Part shown: positions 40,805 to 52,667 of the stretch, one piece after another
How the letters are laid out: the number at the start of each line of letters is the position of its first letter
How positions within the stretch are numbered: position 1 is the stretch's first letter
The notes under the pieces: generated by a model
Database searches by the model: none
Told to the model about the DNA's origin: nothing
Seen by the model: the letters and a program-made list of their open reading frames with translations, nothing else
From: Calditrichia bacterium
Lineage (GTDB): Bacteria > Calditrichota > Calditrichia > JAJRVZ01
Direction of reading: 5' to 3'
Assembly: GCA_963796965.1 (NCBI GenBank)
Contig: CAWCNS010000004.1
Coordinates: 960,001-1,024,000, forward strand
DNA: 64,000 bases
Position numbers and translations under genes: made by a program

Positions 40805-42718
40805 ATGGCAGAATTCAAACCTCATATCCCGGCTACAGCAGAGATCAAAGATTTTAGTATAAAAGCTCTCCTGGTTGGTGCTGTTTTTGGCGTACTTTTT
40901 GGTAGTGCGAATGCATATCTGGGTTTACGGGTTGGTTTAACTATCAGTACAGCCATTCCTCTTGCAGTTATCTCAGTCGCATTTTTTAAGTCTTTTAGTT
41001 GGCTGTTTGGTAAAACTTCGATTCTTGAGGCAAATATTGCCCAAACCACCGGTTCTGCAAGTTCATCATTGGCATCTGGCATTATTTTTACCAGTTCCTG
41101 CTCTTTTTATTTGGGGATATGAACCAGAATTGTTTCAGATCGCCTCCTTGGTATGCTGGGTGGGATGTTGGGGATTGTATTTATGATCCCGCTACGCCGT
41201 TTTCTAATTGTTAAGAGAGCATAATACGCTTACCTTATCCTGAAGGGACTGCCGCGCGCAGGTTTGATAGCTGCCGATGTGGAGGGAGTAAGGCTAAATT
41301 TGTTTTTCTGGGATTGGGGCTTGGTGCGATATATAAGGGGATGCTTTCATTTGCTAAATTATGGCCATCCGAAATAAGCCTTCAAATTCCCGGTTTAAAA
41401 AAGGGCGAACTGGGCCTGGAAGCCACACCTGCTTTCTCAGGTGTTGGTTATATTTTGGGTTTCGGGATTTCTGCAATAATGGTTGCTGGTGGATTCCTCT
41501 CATGGCTAGGAATAATTCCGGCGATTGCACATTTTGGGGAATATTGGCAAAATCCCATGTTTCCTGAAAGTGAAAAGTTAATATCCGAAATGACTCCACA
41601 ATTGATTTGGACACGATATGTCCGTTATATCGGTGCCGGTGCTGTGGCGGTTGCTGGGATTATTACGGTCATATAAATCATTACCCACGATGATAATTCT
41701 CTGAAAATTGGGATAAAAGAATTATCACCGAAAGCAATAACTGAAATACAGAACAGATTACGAACAGATCAGATTTATCTTTCAAAGTTGTTATCGCTAT
41801 AGTTGCTTTATTTTTATTGTAGGTGATTGGGACACCATATATTGTGGGCGGTGATCAAGTTTAATTACACGTATTGTCGGTTCTCTGGCCATTGTTTTTT
41901 CGCTTTTGTTTTTGTTACCGTTTCATCACGAATTGTAGGCCTGGTGGGTGTTTCATCTAATCCAACTCCGGGATGGCGATTGTAACATCTAATGGGAACA
42001 AGTGCAATATTTTATCTGCTTGGCTGGACGGATGGATTGAGCAAAACAGCAGTTTTGACAATCGGAACGGTTGTTGCCGTATCGGCCTCAATTGCTGGGG
42101 ATATTTCGCAGGATTTGAAATCTGGATATATTATTGGAGCTACTCCCAGGCGACAGCAGGCGAGCGAGTTATTTGGTGCATTTACATCTGCTTTTTTTAT
42201 TGCCCTTGCGGTAGTTACCCTGGGTGAAGTCTATGGATTTGGTAGCAGAGATCTGGCTGCGCCACAGGCGACATTGATGAAAACGGTTGTTGATGGGGTG
42301 TTACAGGCCAATTTACCATGGAACCTGGTTCTTATTGGTGCAAGTTTTGCGATAGTGTCAGAGTTATTGTCTGTTCCCTCTTTACCTTTTGCCGTTGGTA
42401 TTTATCTCCCCTTATCTACAATGACACCTGTTTTCTTAGGCGGGGTCATAAAACATTTTGTTGAATTGAAAAAGAATCAAAAGACAGATGATATCGCTGA
42501 GAAACAAACGGATACCGGGGTTTTACTCAGTTCCGGATTGATTGCCGGTGAAGGAATAATGGGGGTACTTAATTGCCGGTTATGCGGTCTGGACGGCCTC
42601 AAAACCTGGTGGTGTTTCATTTGGATTAAGCGGTATTGCCGGCGATTTGGTATCATTTATCATATTTGCTGGTCTCGGATTTTTTATTTATCAGATTTCG
42701 ATTCGAAAGAAAGCATAA
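40805..42718 (+). pseudogene. OPT-family oligopeptide transporter, broken by several frameshifts (probably sequence errors)
   Basis: Fragments ANAYLGLRVGLT, ILEANIAQT, YPEGTA, SSNP, AGDISQDLKSG, APQATLM, FAVGIYLP and SGLIAGEG occur in different frames. Confidence 0.85.
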
Positions 42719-42768
42719 ATATAAATTACGAATTACAGATTACGATTTACTAACCTGTATAATTCATT

Positions 42769-42900
42769 TCTCGCAAAGACGCCAAGACGCAGAGAAATAA
42801 TACAAAACAACTAAAAAGTAATATAAAATATAATGAAGTTTTCTCTTTCAAAGTGAAGAGAAGAATTTTGTATTCAACATCTTTACGTCTCTGCGAGAGA
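42769..42900. repeat. Nonamer-type inverted repeat pair
   Basis: TCTCGCAAAGACGCCAAGACGCAGAGA versus TCTTTACGTCTCTGCGAGA. Confidence 0.65.
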
Positions 42901-42946
42901 ATAATATTAAAAGAATATATTTCTATAAGAAGAAAGTGAGGCATTC

Positions 42947-45174
42947 GTGCTGCAAGAACCCGTTGTAGACCTACAACTTGCCCTGGATCATGGATTAAAT
43001 GAAGAAGAGTATGATAAAATATGCGAAACATTAGGTCGTACACCCACTTATACCGAACTTGGTATCTATTCTGTTATGTGGAGTGAACATTGCAGTTATA
43101 AAAACTCACTTTTCTTTTAAAGACGTTCCCAGAAAGGTGAAAATTTATTGGTTGATGCCGGTGAAGAAAATGCAGGTTTGGTTGATATTGGTGATGACTA
43201 TGCTGTCGCCTTTAAGATTGAAAGTCATAACCATCCTTCTGCTGTGGAACCTTACCAGGGGGCGGCAACCGGTGTTGGTGGCATTATGCGCGATATTTTT
43301 ACAATGGGAGCACGACCGATTGCTGGCTTAAATTCTTTGCGGTTTGGACAATTGGATTTACAGAAAAATCGGTATTTATTTGGTGGTGTTGTGAAAGGGA
43401 TTGGAGACTATGGAAATTGCCTGGGTATTCCGACTGTCTCCGGGGAAGTGTATTTTGAAGACTGCTATACGGATAATTGTCTGGTCAATGCGATGACGGT
43501 TGGTGTCGTAAAAAAAGATGGAATAGCCAAAGCCATTGCAAAAAGTGTCTGGTGCATATGTTATATGCAATTGGCTCATCTACCGGCAGGGATGGGATCC
43601 ATGGTGCAACATTTGCAAGTGAAGAATTAAGTGAGGAATCCGAGGAAAAGCGCAGTTCTGTTCAAGTAGGAGATCCTTTTACTGAAAAACTATTGCTTGA
43701 AGCGACATTAGAATTAATTAAGGTTAGATGTTATTGAGGGTATTCAGGATATGGGAGCAGCTGGATTGACCAGTTCCAGTTCAGAAATGAGTGCCAAAAG
43801 CAGATTAGGTATTGAATTAGATCTGGATCAAACTGCATCTGAGAGAGGAGGGAATGATTCCTTATGAAATAATGCTTTCTGAATCGCAGGAACGAATGTT
43901 GGCAATTTGTCAGATTAGGCAAAGAAGAATTATTTGAAGCGGTTTGCCGAAAGTGGGATCTGGATTATACCAAAATTGGTCGCGTAACAGCAGATAAACA
44001 TTTAAAAGTTTATTTTAAAGATAAAGTAGTTGCTAATATTCCCTCTGCAAGTCTTGCTGCAGGGGAAGGTGCACCAGTTTATAAACGAGAATCAAAAAAA
44101 CCAGCTTATCTGGAAGTGTTCAAAAATTATCATCCGATTATCTGGAAGCACCGAAAGATATTAATGAATCATTTAGAAAAGTGTTTACCTCAACCAATAT
44201 AGTCAGTAAACGCTGGGTTTATGAACAATACGACTATATGGTTCGAACCAATACCGTAATTCAGCCGGGTGGTGATGCTGCTGTCGTTAGGATAAAGGGT
44301 ACCGACAAAGCCACTTTCCATGAAAACAGATTGCAATGGGCGCTTTGTTTACCTGGATCCACGACTGGGCGCATCCATTGCTGTGGCTGAATCAGCACGG
44401 AATGTTGTATGTACCGGGGCGAAGCCAGTTGCTGTAACGAATTGTCTCAATTTCGGGAATCCTTATAAACCAGAGGTCTATTGGCAATTTGAGGAAGCCA
44501 TAGCTGGGATGAGTGATTCCTGTCGTGTCCTCGAGACTCCGGTAACCGGGGGAAATGTTAGCTTTTATAATGAAAGTGAAACCTATCAGGTTTACCCAAC
44601 ACCAGTAATCGGAATGATTGGTATTATTGAAGATCTGAGTCATATTACACCTTCCAGTTTTCAGAATGAAGGCGATTTTGTGTATTTGGTTGGTCAAACC
44701 TTTCCAGAAATTGGCGGAAGTGAATTTTTAAAGAAAGAATTCGATGTCGTGATTGGATTACCTCCCAAAATTGATCTTGAAACAGAAAAGAATTCACAGA
44801 ATGCTGTTCTGGAAGCCATACGTGCTGGTCTGGTTCACTCTTGTCATGATATTGCTGATGGCGGCCTTGCTGTGGCTCTAGCGGAATGCTGTATATTGAA
44901 TAGTAAAAAGACATTTGGAATAAAGGCAATTGTGGAATCAGATTTGCCAGAACATCTCTTATTCTTTAGTGAGAGCCAATCCCGATTTATTATTTCTACC
45001 TCAGGTGATAATAAGCAAAAACTTGTAGATCTATTTCAAAAAAATAAAATAATGATCACCCCTCTCGGAGAAGTAGGGGGTGCAGAGTTTTCATTAAATG
45101 AAAAAATTGTTACAGGGGTCGATGATCTTATTGATATGTATTATCAAACCCTGCCAAAGATTATGGATCAATAA
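42947..45174 (+). pseudogene. purL: Phosphoribosylformylglycinamidine synthase subunit PurL, broken by several frameshifts (probably sequence errors)
   Basis: GTG start 42947 [87 protein letters not shown]. Confidence 0.92.
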
Positions 45175-45320
45175 GCAGGAAGTCTTTATCAAAAAACAAT
45201 ATATGTCTCCTAAAAGGTTTGAACTCTGATCCCATAACCTCTTACCCTAATTTCTTGACTGGTTCACAAAATTATATTTCCTAAAATTCAATCCCCTCAA
45301 TGAATTTCCATAATTGGATC

Positions 45321-45450
45321 TGTACCATATGGTCCGGAACAGTGTACGATATGGTACAAATATTCCAATATCGCTAAATATGTGAATCCCCATAAAATCA
45401 ATAATAACAAATAGATAAGAAATAAAATAAATAATGGCACAGTACTTGTA
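45321..45450 (+). promoter_or_regulatory. Candidate sigma54 promoter with tandem enhancer-like palindromes
   Basis: TGTACCATATGGTCCG (45321) and TGTACGATATGGTACA (45343, TGT-N10-ACA) are 22 bp apart. TGGCAC-N5-TTGTA at 45435-45450. Confidence 0.65.
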
Positions 45451-45480
45451 ATATGATACATATAAGAAAAAGAGAATAGT

Positions 45481-46990
45481 ATGAAAAGAAGAACACAAAT
45501 AGCGTATCATATTCTGTCTACTGGGAATTTTTGCGTTTGGAAACTTATTCGGGCAAAATAGTGATAATATTTATCGAGAATTCAGACAGCTTGAACTCTA
45601 TATGGTAAAAGTATGGGCGTTAGTAAAGCAATTTGATAATCAAAAGGCTATTGGGTATATGGCATTAGCAAAAACAGAGATTGACAAAGCAAGAGCATCA
45701 CTTTACGGGGGTACACCTAGGATAAATATAGCCAAACTTCATATGGCAAAAGCCTGGCAGTATACAAATCTTGCTGCACGTTTAATTCTCAACCGACCTT
45801 TACAAAATTTAAAGTCACAACTAAATGATCTGATAAATAAGGCAGAGAATGCTGTCGCAACATCCAATAGTGATGAGGCACATTATTTATTAAACCAGGC
45901 AAAAAAATTCCAGCGACTATCCTATACCGCTTTCCAGGCCAACAGACTTAAGCAAGGTGAAGAAGCCTATCGGATATCTTTCTTCTTTGCCAGGAAATGT
46001 CTTGATTTCCTAAGGAACAGCGGACTGAACCTGACTGACCAGTATGAAAATCTGGAAATATCTGTCCGTCAATTGTTAACACAGGCAGAAGAAATCCTGG
46101 GAAATAAAAATAAGAGTCAACTAAATAAATTGGTTAGAGAGGCAAATGATCATTTTGAAGAAGCTAAAGTCATGGCTGATGAAGGAAAGATACAAAAGGC
46201 AATTAGCCGGTTACAATTAGTAAAGCGTTTACTCTATCGTGTTTTTGATCAGGCTGAGAGGGGAGGATCGTCCGAAGATGATCGCCTAAAAAATCATTTT
46301 TATACATTACGAACGTTTCTTGAATCACTCAATGAGGAAATTAGCAGACAGTCAAATCCACGAATGAAAGTCCTGCTTGATAAGTCCTGGCAACTATATA
46401 GAAGTGCAGAACGGGCATATGAAAATGGAAACTACACCAAGGCTCAAGGTGATATCTCCTTAAGTCAAAGATTTGCTAATAAAATATTCAGAATGACCCG
46501 ATCTAATCGAAATCTGCAGGAAGATGAGTTAAAGGCGCAGCTCGATGAAACACAAAATTTGTTGAGGCTTCAAAACGATCGTGTCCAGATGTCTGGTAAT
46601 ACAGGCGTTAAAAAATTATATGAGAATGCTGGACGTCTGCTCTCTGATGCAAATCAGGCATTAAAAAATAATAAACTCAAGGTAGCATACCAGCTAATTC
46701 AAGCTGCGACAAGAATGTCTGCAAGAATTCAAAGAGAGTTACGAGAGTCCTCACTCCAGCTTGATCTTGCCGCCCTGGAACGAAAATATTTACACGTAGT
46801 AAATGCCCTTACAAATCTGGAAAACAACCAGGATATTGCCGAAAGAGCGAGACCTGTTCTTAATCAACTGAGGCAGTTTATTAAGGAAGGTAAAACCTCT
46901 CTCGATAGAGGGAATTATGTGATGGCAGATGAATACTTCAATACAGTTTTGGAACAAATAAATCAATATATAGATAGATGGAAAAAGTAA
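45481..46990 (+). CDS. Hypothetical all-helical secreted/periplasmic repeat protein; +1 frameshift near 45505
   Basis: ATG 45481 MKRRTQIA joins IIFCLLGIFAFGNLFG (signal-like) and ORF 45602 after removing one base; repeated A..L...A..A helical units. Confidence 0.7.
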
Positions 46991-47073
46991 CACCCTAAGT
47001 TGCGGTATCCTCAGGGCCCGGGGAGACTTGCATCATAATATTAACCAAATAGAATAGCAACAAGGAGAATACA

Positions 47074-48045
47074 ATGAAGAATTTAGTAATATTTTTTTTA
47101 CTCCCTGCAATGGTCGTTATCTGGGGTTGTAATCAGCAGAACCCGACGGAATCGGTATTGAGCGATGAGCAGATGATAGAGCAGGCCATTGTGGAGATTG
47201 AAACGGATGAATCTGAAGACTTCTTTTATGCAGATGTGGATGAGGAATCAGAAGAGAATTTTGCAGATGCAACAGATGGTTTTCTTGCAAAGCCCATTAT
47301 TCCCTTTCGGTTTGGAAGAGTTCGCCTTCAGCCTGTTGTAAAAGATATTCACATGGTTTTTGATACTGATTCCACGGCTACAGTCTCATTTCGTAAGGTT
47401 GTTCGTGGCAAATTTGTATCGCTGGTTGGTGATAAGACCGAGCTGGATACACTAAAAATATATCGCACTCTACGGCAGATGGGTCATGAGATCCAAAGAA
47501 TCGCACATTTTACCAAGATTGAAGGGAAATGGCGAATGAAAGATGTCTCGATGGCTCTGGGTAATTCACTGGGTTTCGTTGAAACAGAGTCTGAACGTGT
47601 ACATACCACCCTGCAAATAGAAAAAATAATTGTGGAAGCTAATAATGAGATCGTTGAGATTACAGATCCTCTTAACTATTTTCAATCCAGAGAATCTGTG
47701 TTTGCATTTAGAAATGGGACAGAAGTCACTGTTAAAGTTTATGTAAATAACGATACCGACAATCCGGTTTATGTTCCTGCCGGTTCAGAGCAAACAGAGA
47801 TTGTCAGATTGCATCATGCCAGGCATCGTATACGCAGACATCATAAAATAAGATATTTCAAGTATTTAGGCCAGGAAGAAGGAATGAATGTTTACAAGGG
47901 AAATTGGGCTGTCGGGGAATGGCCAGGTATTCACCATGCTGTGATCGATGTCATTGACAATGGAACAATTTTTGACGATGATATTAATACTTATCCCTAT
48001 AATTCTACAACCTGGAGTACACCTTATAAAGTCATGGTTAGATAA
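47074..48045 (+). CDS. Hypothetical lipoprotein
   Basis: AAGGAG SD; lipobox VIWG-C; acidic linker then a beta-rich domain. Confidence 0.8.
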   Translation: MKNLVIFFLLPAMVVIWGCNQQNPTESVLSDEQMIEQAIVEIETDESEDFFYADVDEESEENFADATDGFLAKPIIPFRFGRVRLQPVVKDIHMVFDTDSTATVSFRKVVRGKFVSLVGDKTELDTLKIYRTLRQMGHEIQRIAHFTKIEGKWRMKDVSMALGNSLGFVETESERVHTTLQIEKIIVEANNEIVEITDPLNYFQSRESVFAFRNGTEVTVKVYVNNDTDNPVYVPAGSEQTEIVRLHHARHRIRRHHKIRYFKYLGQEEGMNVYKGNWAVGEWPGIHHAVIDVIDNGTIFDDDINTYPYNSTTWSTPYKVMVR

Positions 48046-48061
48046 ATCGATTTTAAATGTG

Positions 48062-48101
48062 AAAAAGCCACATAGTCGAGAGGTTGTGTGGCTTTTCTTT
48101 T
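48062..48101 (+). terminator. Rho-independent terminator
   Basis: AAAAGCCACATA...TGTGTGGCTTTT followed by CTTTT. Confidence 0.65.
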
Positions 48102-48105
48102 ATAT

Positions 48106-49650
48106 ATGAAAAAGTATAATTATATACAAATCATTCTGATTGCTTTGCAGCTCTGCTTTCTTAAAGTGGTAAGCGCCCCTGCTCAGAAGGCGGATGAGGT
48201 GGTATCCACAAAGTCAAATTACCAAATGCTCCTCACCCGACTCAAAGTATATATGGATTATTTTGTGATGACAGAAGAAGTAAAAAATCTGTATGCCGAA
48301 TCTATGAAGTATGGGGATGAGGGTGAGTATGAAATCGCAGTAGTCCTCCTTGAAGAAACTATAGATCTTTTAACGATGAACAAAGAGGAAAATCCAGACT
48401 TGTCTCTTACTGCATTTACTCCTGTAGCGAATGAAAATTTTCAGAATTTCAGATTTGCGGTTATGAGCGGTATTGACTATAACCGTCAGGATTTTGAGAT
48501 AGGCTATTCAGGGAATGACAGCACAGTCCGGGAAGAATTTAACAAACCCTATCTGGGACTTTCTGCGGGGTATATTTTTAATCTAAGTCAAGAGACATCT
48601 CTTGAATTTTACAATGCATTTCGATACGATCGGGAAAATATACGTAATGATTATCGTATTCGCTTGCAGGCAGGAAATTCATTTTATGTGCAGTATGCGG
48701 GTTATTGGAATCAGACGAAAATTGAGGACTCCTATTCTTACTGGGAACATGTATTCTCCGCTAAATTGGGAGATAGTGTTGGCCCAAATTTCTTTTGGAC
48801 CATTTATAATTTATTCAATTACAAAACTTACCAGGCCGGGCCATTTACAATAAGGGATTATTATCGCAACAGGCTCGCTGCAATGATAGAATGGCGAGTG
48901 GATTTTTTTGGATTTATAGATGTCGAATATGGAAATGAGAGAAATGAAACATTAAGTTTTGAAGACAATGACTACAATCAACACCACATTCGTGCAGGTA
49001 TTCGTAGTGAAAATATAGATCGTTTTTATCATAATATTTTTGTAGATGTATCTACCCGCGAATATACACTTTTATTAACTGATAGTTTACTCACCAATAC
49101 ATTTGAATCATATGGTCTTGAATTTATTTATGAGGTTTCAATTCTTCCAAAACTTCTAATTACGATTGAAGACAATTTCCTCTACAAAGTATATCAAAAG
49201 AAAAGTTCGATAGAACCTGACTATTATTGGAATATTATCCGACCAGGTTTAAAACTCAGATTAACCAGTGGATTCGAAATTGGTTTCGGTTATGAATGGG
49301 AACTCAAGGAACATAAAAATAATCTATCATACAGTTATAATGTAAGCGAACAGGATTATAGAGCTGATGGTGTATTTAGCCAGATAAATTATTTCTCCGT
49401 CGGAGGAACCTATTTATCGGCCTCTATCAGTTATCAATGGCGAAGATATCCATCTTCAATTACAAATGATTTGTTCAGTCTATATTCTAATCGTAATGTG
49501 TTCTCAACGATGATAATGGCTTATATGCCTCTTTTAAACCATTTAAATCTTAACGCATTTATCACTTATGACAACGATCTGGATATTGATTTTGATCAAC
49601 AAAATAATCAGAGCACAATCTTTACAGTTGAGCTGGAGTATGTCTTTTAG
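48106..49650 (+). CDS. Putative outer-membrane beta-barrel protein
   Basis: Signal peptide from ATG 48106; Tyr/Phe-rich alternating strands; C-terminal ELEYVF. Confidence 0.7.
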   Translation: MKKYNYIQIILIALQLCFLKVVSAPAQKADEVVSTKSNYQMLLTRLKVYMDYFVMTEEVKNLYAESMKYGDEGEYEIAVVLLEETIDLLTMNKEENPDLSLTAFTPVANENFQNFRFAVMSGIDYNRQDFEIGYSGNDSTVREEFNKPYLGLSAGYIFNLSQETSLEFYNAFRYDRENIRNDYRIRLQAGNSFYVQYAGYWNQTKIEDSYSYWEHVFSAKLGDSVGPNFFWTIYNLFNYKTYQAGPFTIRDYYRNRLAAMIEWRVDFFGFIDVEYGNERNETLSFEDNDYNQHHIRAGIRSENIDRFYHNIFVDVSTREYTLLLTDSLLTNTFESYGLEFIYEVSILPKLLITIEDNFLYKVYQKKSSIEPDYYWNIIRPGLKLRLTSGFEIGFGYEWELKEHKNNLSYSYNVSEQDYRADGVFSQINYFSVGGTYLSASISYQWRRYPSSITNDLFSLYSNRNVFSTMIMAYMPLLNHLNLNAFITYDNDLDIDFDQQNNQSTIFTVELEYVF

Positions 49651-49789
49651 TTCATTTTGGGTACGCAAATAATTAAGTATTCAATTATCATTCTTATAAA
49701 CTTTGCATTTTTTTAGATACATGAAACTTTTTTTCCATTAAGGCATACAAATATTACAATAAGAGGTTCGCTTTGATGTATAAAATATA

Positions 49790-49870
49790 TTGACAACATA
49801 TGTATTAATACATATATTGCTTCTGTCCTGCATTACTTAGTTGACAAATTTCTTACACTAAAGTTATAAC
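49790..49870 (+). promoter_or_regulatory. Tandem sigma70 promoters, the first containing an 18-bp palindrome
   Basis: TTGACA(49790)-17-TATATT overlaps ATATGTATTAATACATAT (49798-49815). TTGACA(49841)-18-TATAAC. Confidence 0.55.
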
Positions 49871-50043
49871 TTCACATTACTCTTATCATTGTTCTCAAAA
49901 AACACGAAAAAGTCAGTGATAAAAACATAAAGATTTAATCATTTCTGCCGATCCTATAGTTGGGTAGCTCCACATTTATAATTTCCAACCAATCCAACTC
50001 GTATTTCAGAAGTGGCAGAAAGATTCTATATATAGGAAACACT

Positions 50044-51213
50044 ATGGACACTGCTAATTTACATGTATTATCCACATATCTTAAAAAATGGTCTTACCAT
50101 GATAACAGGCTCAGTATATCTTATTCATATTTTACAGAACTGGGTTATGGGAGGCAATTTATTGATATGCGTATCAATTCACCTCAGAATATGGCAAATG
50201 AATTTCTAAACCGTGCTGTGCATAAAGTTAAAGAGAACTATTTGAATTCTGATCAGGTATCATCGGACTTTTCGGTACGATTGATTAACGAAACTGAAAC
50301 GCAACGTAAACTAAATATATTTCTATCAAAAATCCTTAAAGAATTTAATACCAATAAACGTTCGCGCGGGCGGGTCAGGATGATATCAAGTCGGAGTATG
50401 GACTTTTATTATAATGATTTTGAATATGAACCTCTGACTGATCATGAAAAATTCTATGTCCATTTAAACCGTGGCGTCAACAAAATGAATGGTGATTTAT
50501 GGGCAGCAGCCGTGGAAGATTTAAAAATCGCCATTTCTTTTAATGCCGATGATCCCCAAACAAATAAATATATGGCTGAGGCTCTGATTAAAAACAAAAA
50601 AGCTGAGGAGGCTCTACCTTTCCTGGAAAAGTATGCAGAAAATGCCAAGTCTCTGGAAAGCTATAATGATCTTGCACATGCTTATATAAAGATTGAAAAA
50701 TTTAAAGAAGCAGAAAAAGTTCTTGCAAAGATGAAATCACTCAAAGCCAATGAGCTACAAGTTAAAGTTCTTCAGGCCCAGATTAATTACCTGCAGAGTA
50801 AACAGTATTTTAATCAACTCGATAAAATTAAAGAGATTGATGAAGAATGGCTGATATCTTACTTAAAGAACTCATGGGAATATAATTTACCAGGCTACAA
50901 CAAGCGAGAGTCAAATATGTGGAATGCTGCTACGGCATCTCGTTATCTTGGTTATGACAGGCCTTTTGATCTTACTAAAAAGGCATTTAATGACGAACTT
51001 CCATGCTATTTTGATTCTGATCGTGGTACCATACGATTTGTAAAAGAGGAATTGGATCAATGGGTTGAAATTCAAAATCGTTATAGTATTGATGGCTTGG
51101 ATTATCGCGTTTATGAAGACCGTCTGAGCGTTGATGAATTGAATATTGGAAATGCACAAGGTAGGAAAAAGAAGAAATCAAAACTTACCGAAGGTAAGGG
51201 CGCTGTCGCTTAA
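50044..51213 (+). CDS. TPR protein with C-terminal excisionase/MerR-like (HTH_17-type) domain
   Basis: ATG 50044 after AGGA; TPR helices; WNAATASRYLG...ELPCY...IRFVKEELDQWV; basic tail. Confidence 0.65.
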   Translation: MDTANLHVLSTYLKKWSYHDNRLSISYSYFTELGYGRQFIDMRINSPQNMANEFLNRAVHKVKENYLNSDQVSSDFSVRLINETETQRKLNIFLSKILKEFNTNKRSRGRVRMISSRSMDFYYNDFEYEPLTDHEKFYVHLNRGVNKMNGDLWAAAVEDLKIAISFNADDPQTNKYMAEALIKNKKAEEALPFLEKYAENAKSLESYNDLAHAYIKIEKFKEAEKVLAKMKSLKANELQVKVLQAQINYLQSKQYFNQLDKIKEIDEEWLISYLKNSWEYNLPGYNKRESNMWNAATASRYLGYDRPFDLTKKAFNDELPCYFDSDRGTIRFVKEELDQWVEIQNRYSIDGLDYRVYEDRLSVDELNIGNAQGRKKKKSKLTEGKGAVA

Positions 51214-51245
51214 AATCGGTAAAGGACTATTTTAAATCCTCTTAT

Positions 51246-52667
51246 ATGCACACCTCTGGGAATAATCTTCTCTTAATCAATCCCTGGATCTATGATTTTG
51301 CTGCATACGATCTATGGAGCCAACCACTTGGATTGCTTTATATTGCATCTTATCTCCGACGAGCAGGTTACCAGATATCGTATTTAGACTGTTTGAGATC
51401 GGATAATAACCTTGAGGAAAAGAAACCCTCTCGCTACGGCCGGGGGACTTATCGTCGCGAGATTGTTACACCGCCAAAGATTATATCTCATATTCCACGA
51501 AGGTATGCACGCTATGGGATATCAATTGAAAGATTTATGTCCCGACTGGATAATACGCAAACACCTGATGCAATACTTATCACTTCTTTGATGACCTACT
51601 GGTATCCCGGTCCTAAACTTGTTGTCGACTTAGTACGGAAAAAATTTCCTGGTGTACCGATAATTCTGGGAGGTATTTATGCATCCCTACTACCCGATCA
51701 TGCAGAAAAAGAAATTCAACCTGACTATCTTATTCAGGGACCTGGAGAAGAAAAAGTACTTCACCTATTAAACAATATCCTTGATTTTACTCCTACCGAA
51801 ATTGGATTAGATGGAGATCTGGATTTACGACCTTATCCTGCATTTGATCTGATTAAAAGTCCCCGATACCTATGTCTTATGACCACACGGGGCTGTCCTT
51901 TCGATTGTTCATTTTGTGCACAAAAACAGATCGCTATGAATTATGCATCCCGCAATCCAGATAATGTGGTGCAGGAAATCATTGACCAGTATAGGTATTT
52001 TAAAATCAGAGATTTTGTGTTTTACGATGATGCACTTTTCATAAAAAAAGAAAACCATATAAAACCTATACTAAGGGAGATTATTCATTTACATTTGCCA
52101 CTCCGTTTCCACACACCAAATGGTTTATTTGCCCGGGAAATTGATGAGGAATTGGCTGAACTCATGTTCAAAGCAAATTTTAAGACCATTCGTTTAAGTT
52201 TTGAAACAGCCAATGAGGACCGTCGTGAAGATATGAGTAACAAAATTTCAAATCAGGGAATGCGTGAAGCAATAAAAAATCTTTTGAAAGCAGGTTATAA
52301 AGCAAATGAAATTGACTCCTATATCATCATGGGGCTTCCTGGGCAGAAGCTGGAAGAGATTCTGCAAAGCATGATTTTTATAAATAATCTCGGCGTTCGG
52401 ATTAGTTTATCATCATATTCTCCCATCCCGGGTACATTAGATTTCAGCCGGGCAGTTAATTCCGGGTTAATTTCTGAGAATATTGATCCTTTATTAACAA
52501 ATAAAACCCTGTTTCCCTTAAAAAGCAATGAACTAGATTATGAAACATTTCGTAATCTTCGTATTTTTGGAGAGTTGCTGAACAAAGGTGCGGAGAAAAA
52601 GTTTGCTCCTTTTGGTGATCTGAAAATTGGTGAAAGTTTGAAGACAGTTTTAAGAGAGATATTTTGA
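51246..52667 (+). CDS. B12-binding-domain radical SAM protein
   Basis: LLINPW..PLGLLYIAS, IILGGIYA, TTRGCPFDCSFC. Confidence 0.9.
   Translation: MHTSGNNLLLINPWIYDFAAYDLWSQPLGLLYIASYLRRAGYQISYLDCLRSDNNLEEKKPSRYGRGTYRREIVTPPKIISHIPRRYARYGISIERFMSRLDNTQTPDAILITSLMTYWYPGPKLVVDLVRKKFPGVPIILGGIYASLLPDHAEKEIQPDYLIQGPGEEKVLHLLNNILDFTPTEIGLDGDLDLRPYPAFDLIKSPRYLCLMTTRGCPFDCSFCAQKQIAMNYASRNPDNVVQEIIDQYRYFKIRDFVFYDDALFIKKENHIKPILREIIHLHLPLRFHTPNGLFAREIDEELAELMFKANFKTIRLSFETANEDRREDMSNKISNQGMREAIKNLLKAGYKANEIDSYIIMGLPGQKLEEILQSMIFINNLGVRISLSSYSPIPGTLDFSRAVNSGLISENIDPLLTNKTLFPLKSNELDYETFRNLRIFGELLNKGAEKKFAPFGDLKIGESLKTVLREIF

Noticed and set aside
42750..43043. 97-aa minus-strand ORF
   Set aside because: Overlaps the purL 5' end and a repeat arm; its LCVLASLRE stretch is simply the translated nonamer repeat.
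48088..48105. GTG start at 48088 (and TTG start at 49960)
   Set aside because: The first lies inside a terminator stem. Downstream ATGs (48106, 50044) give a better signal peptide or SD.
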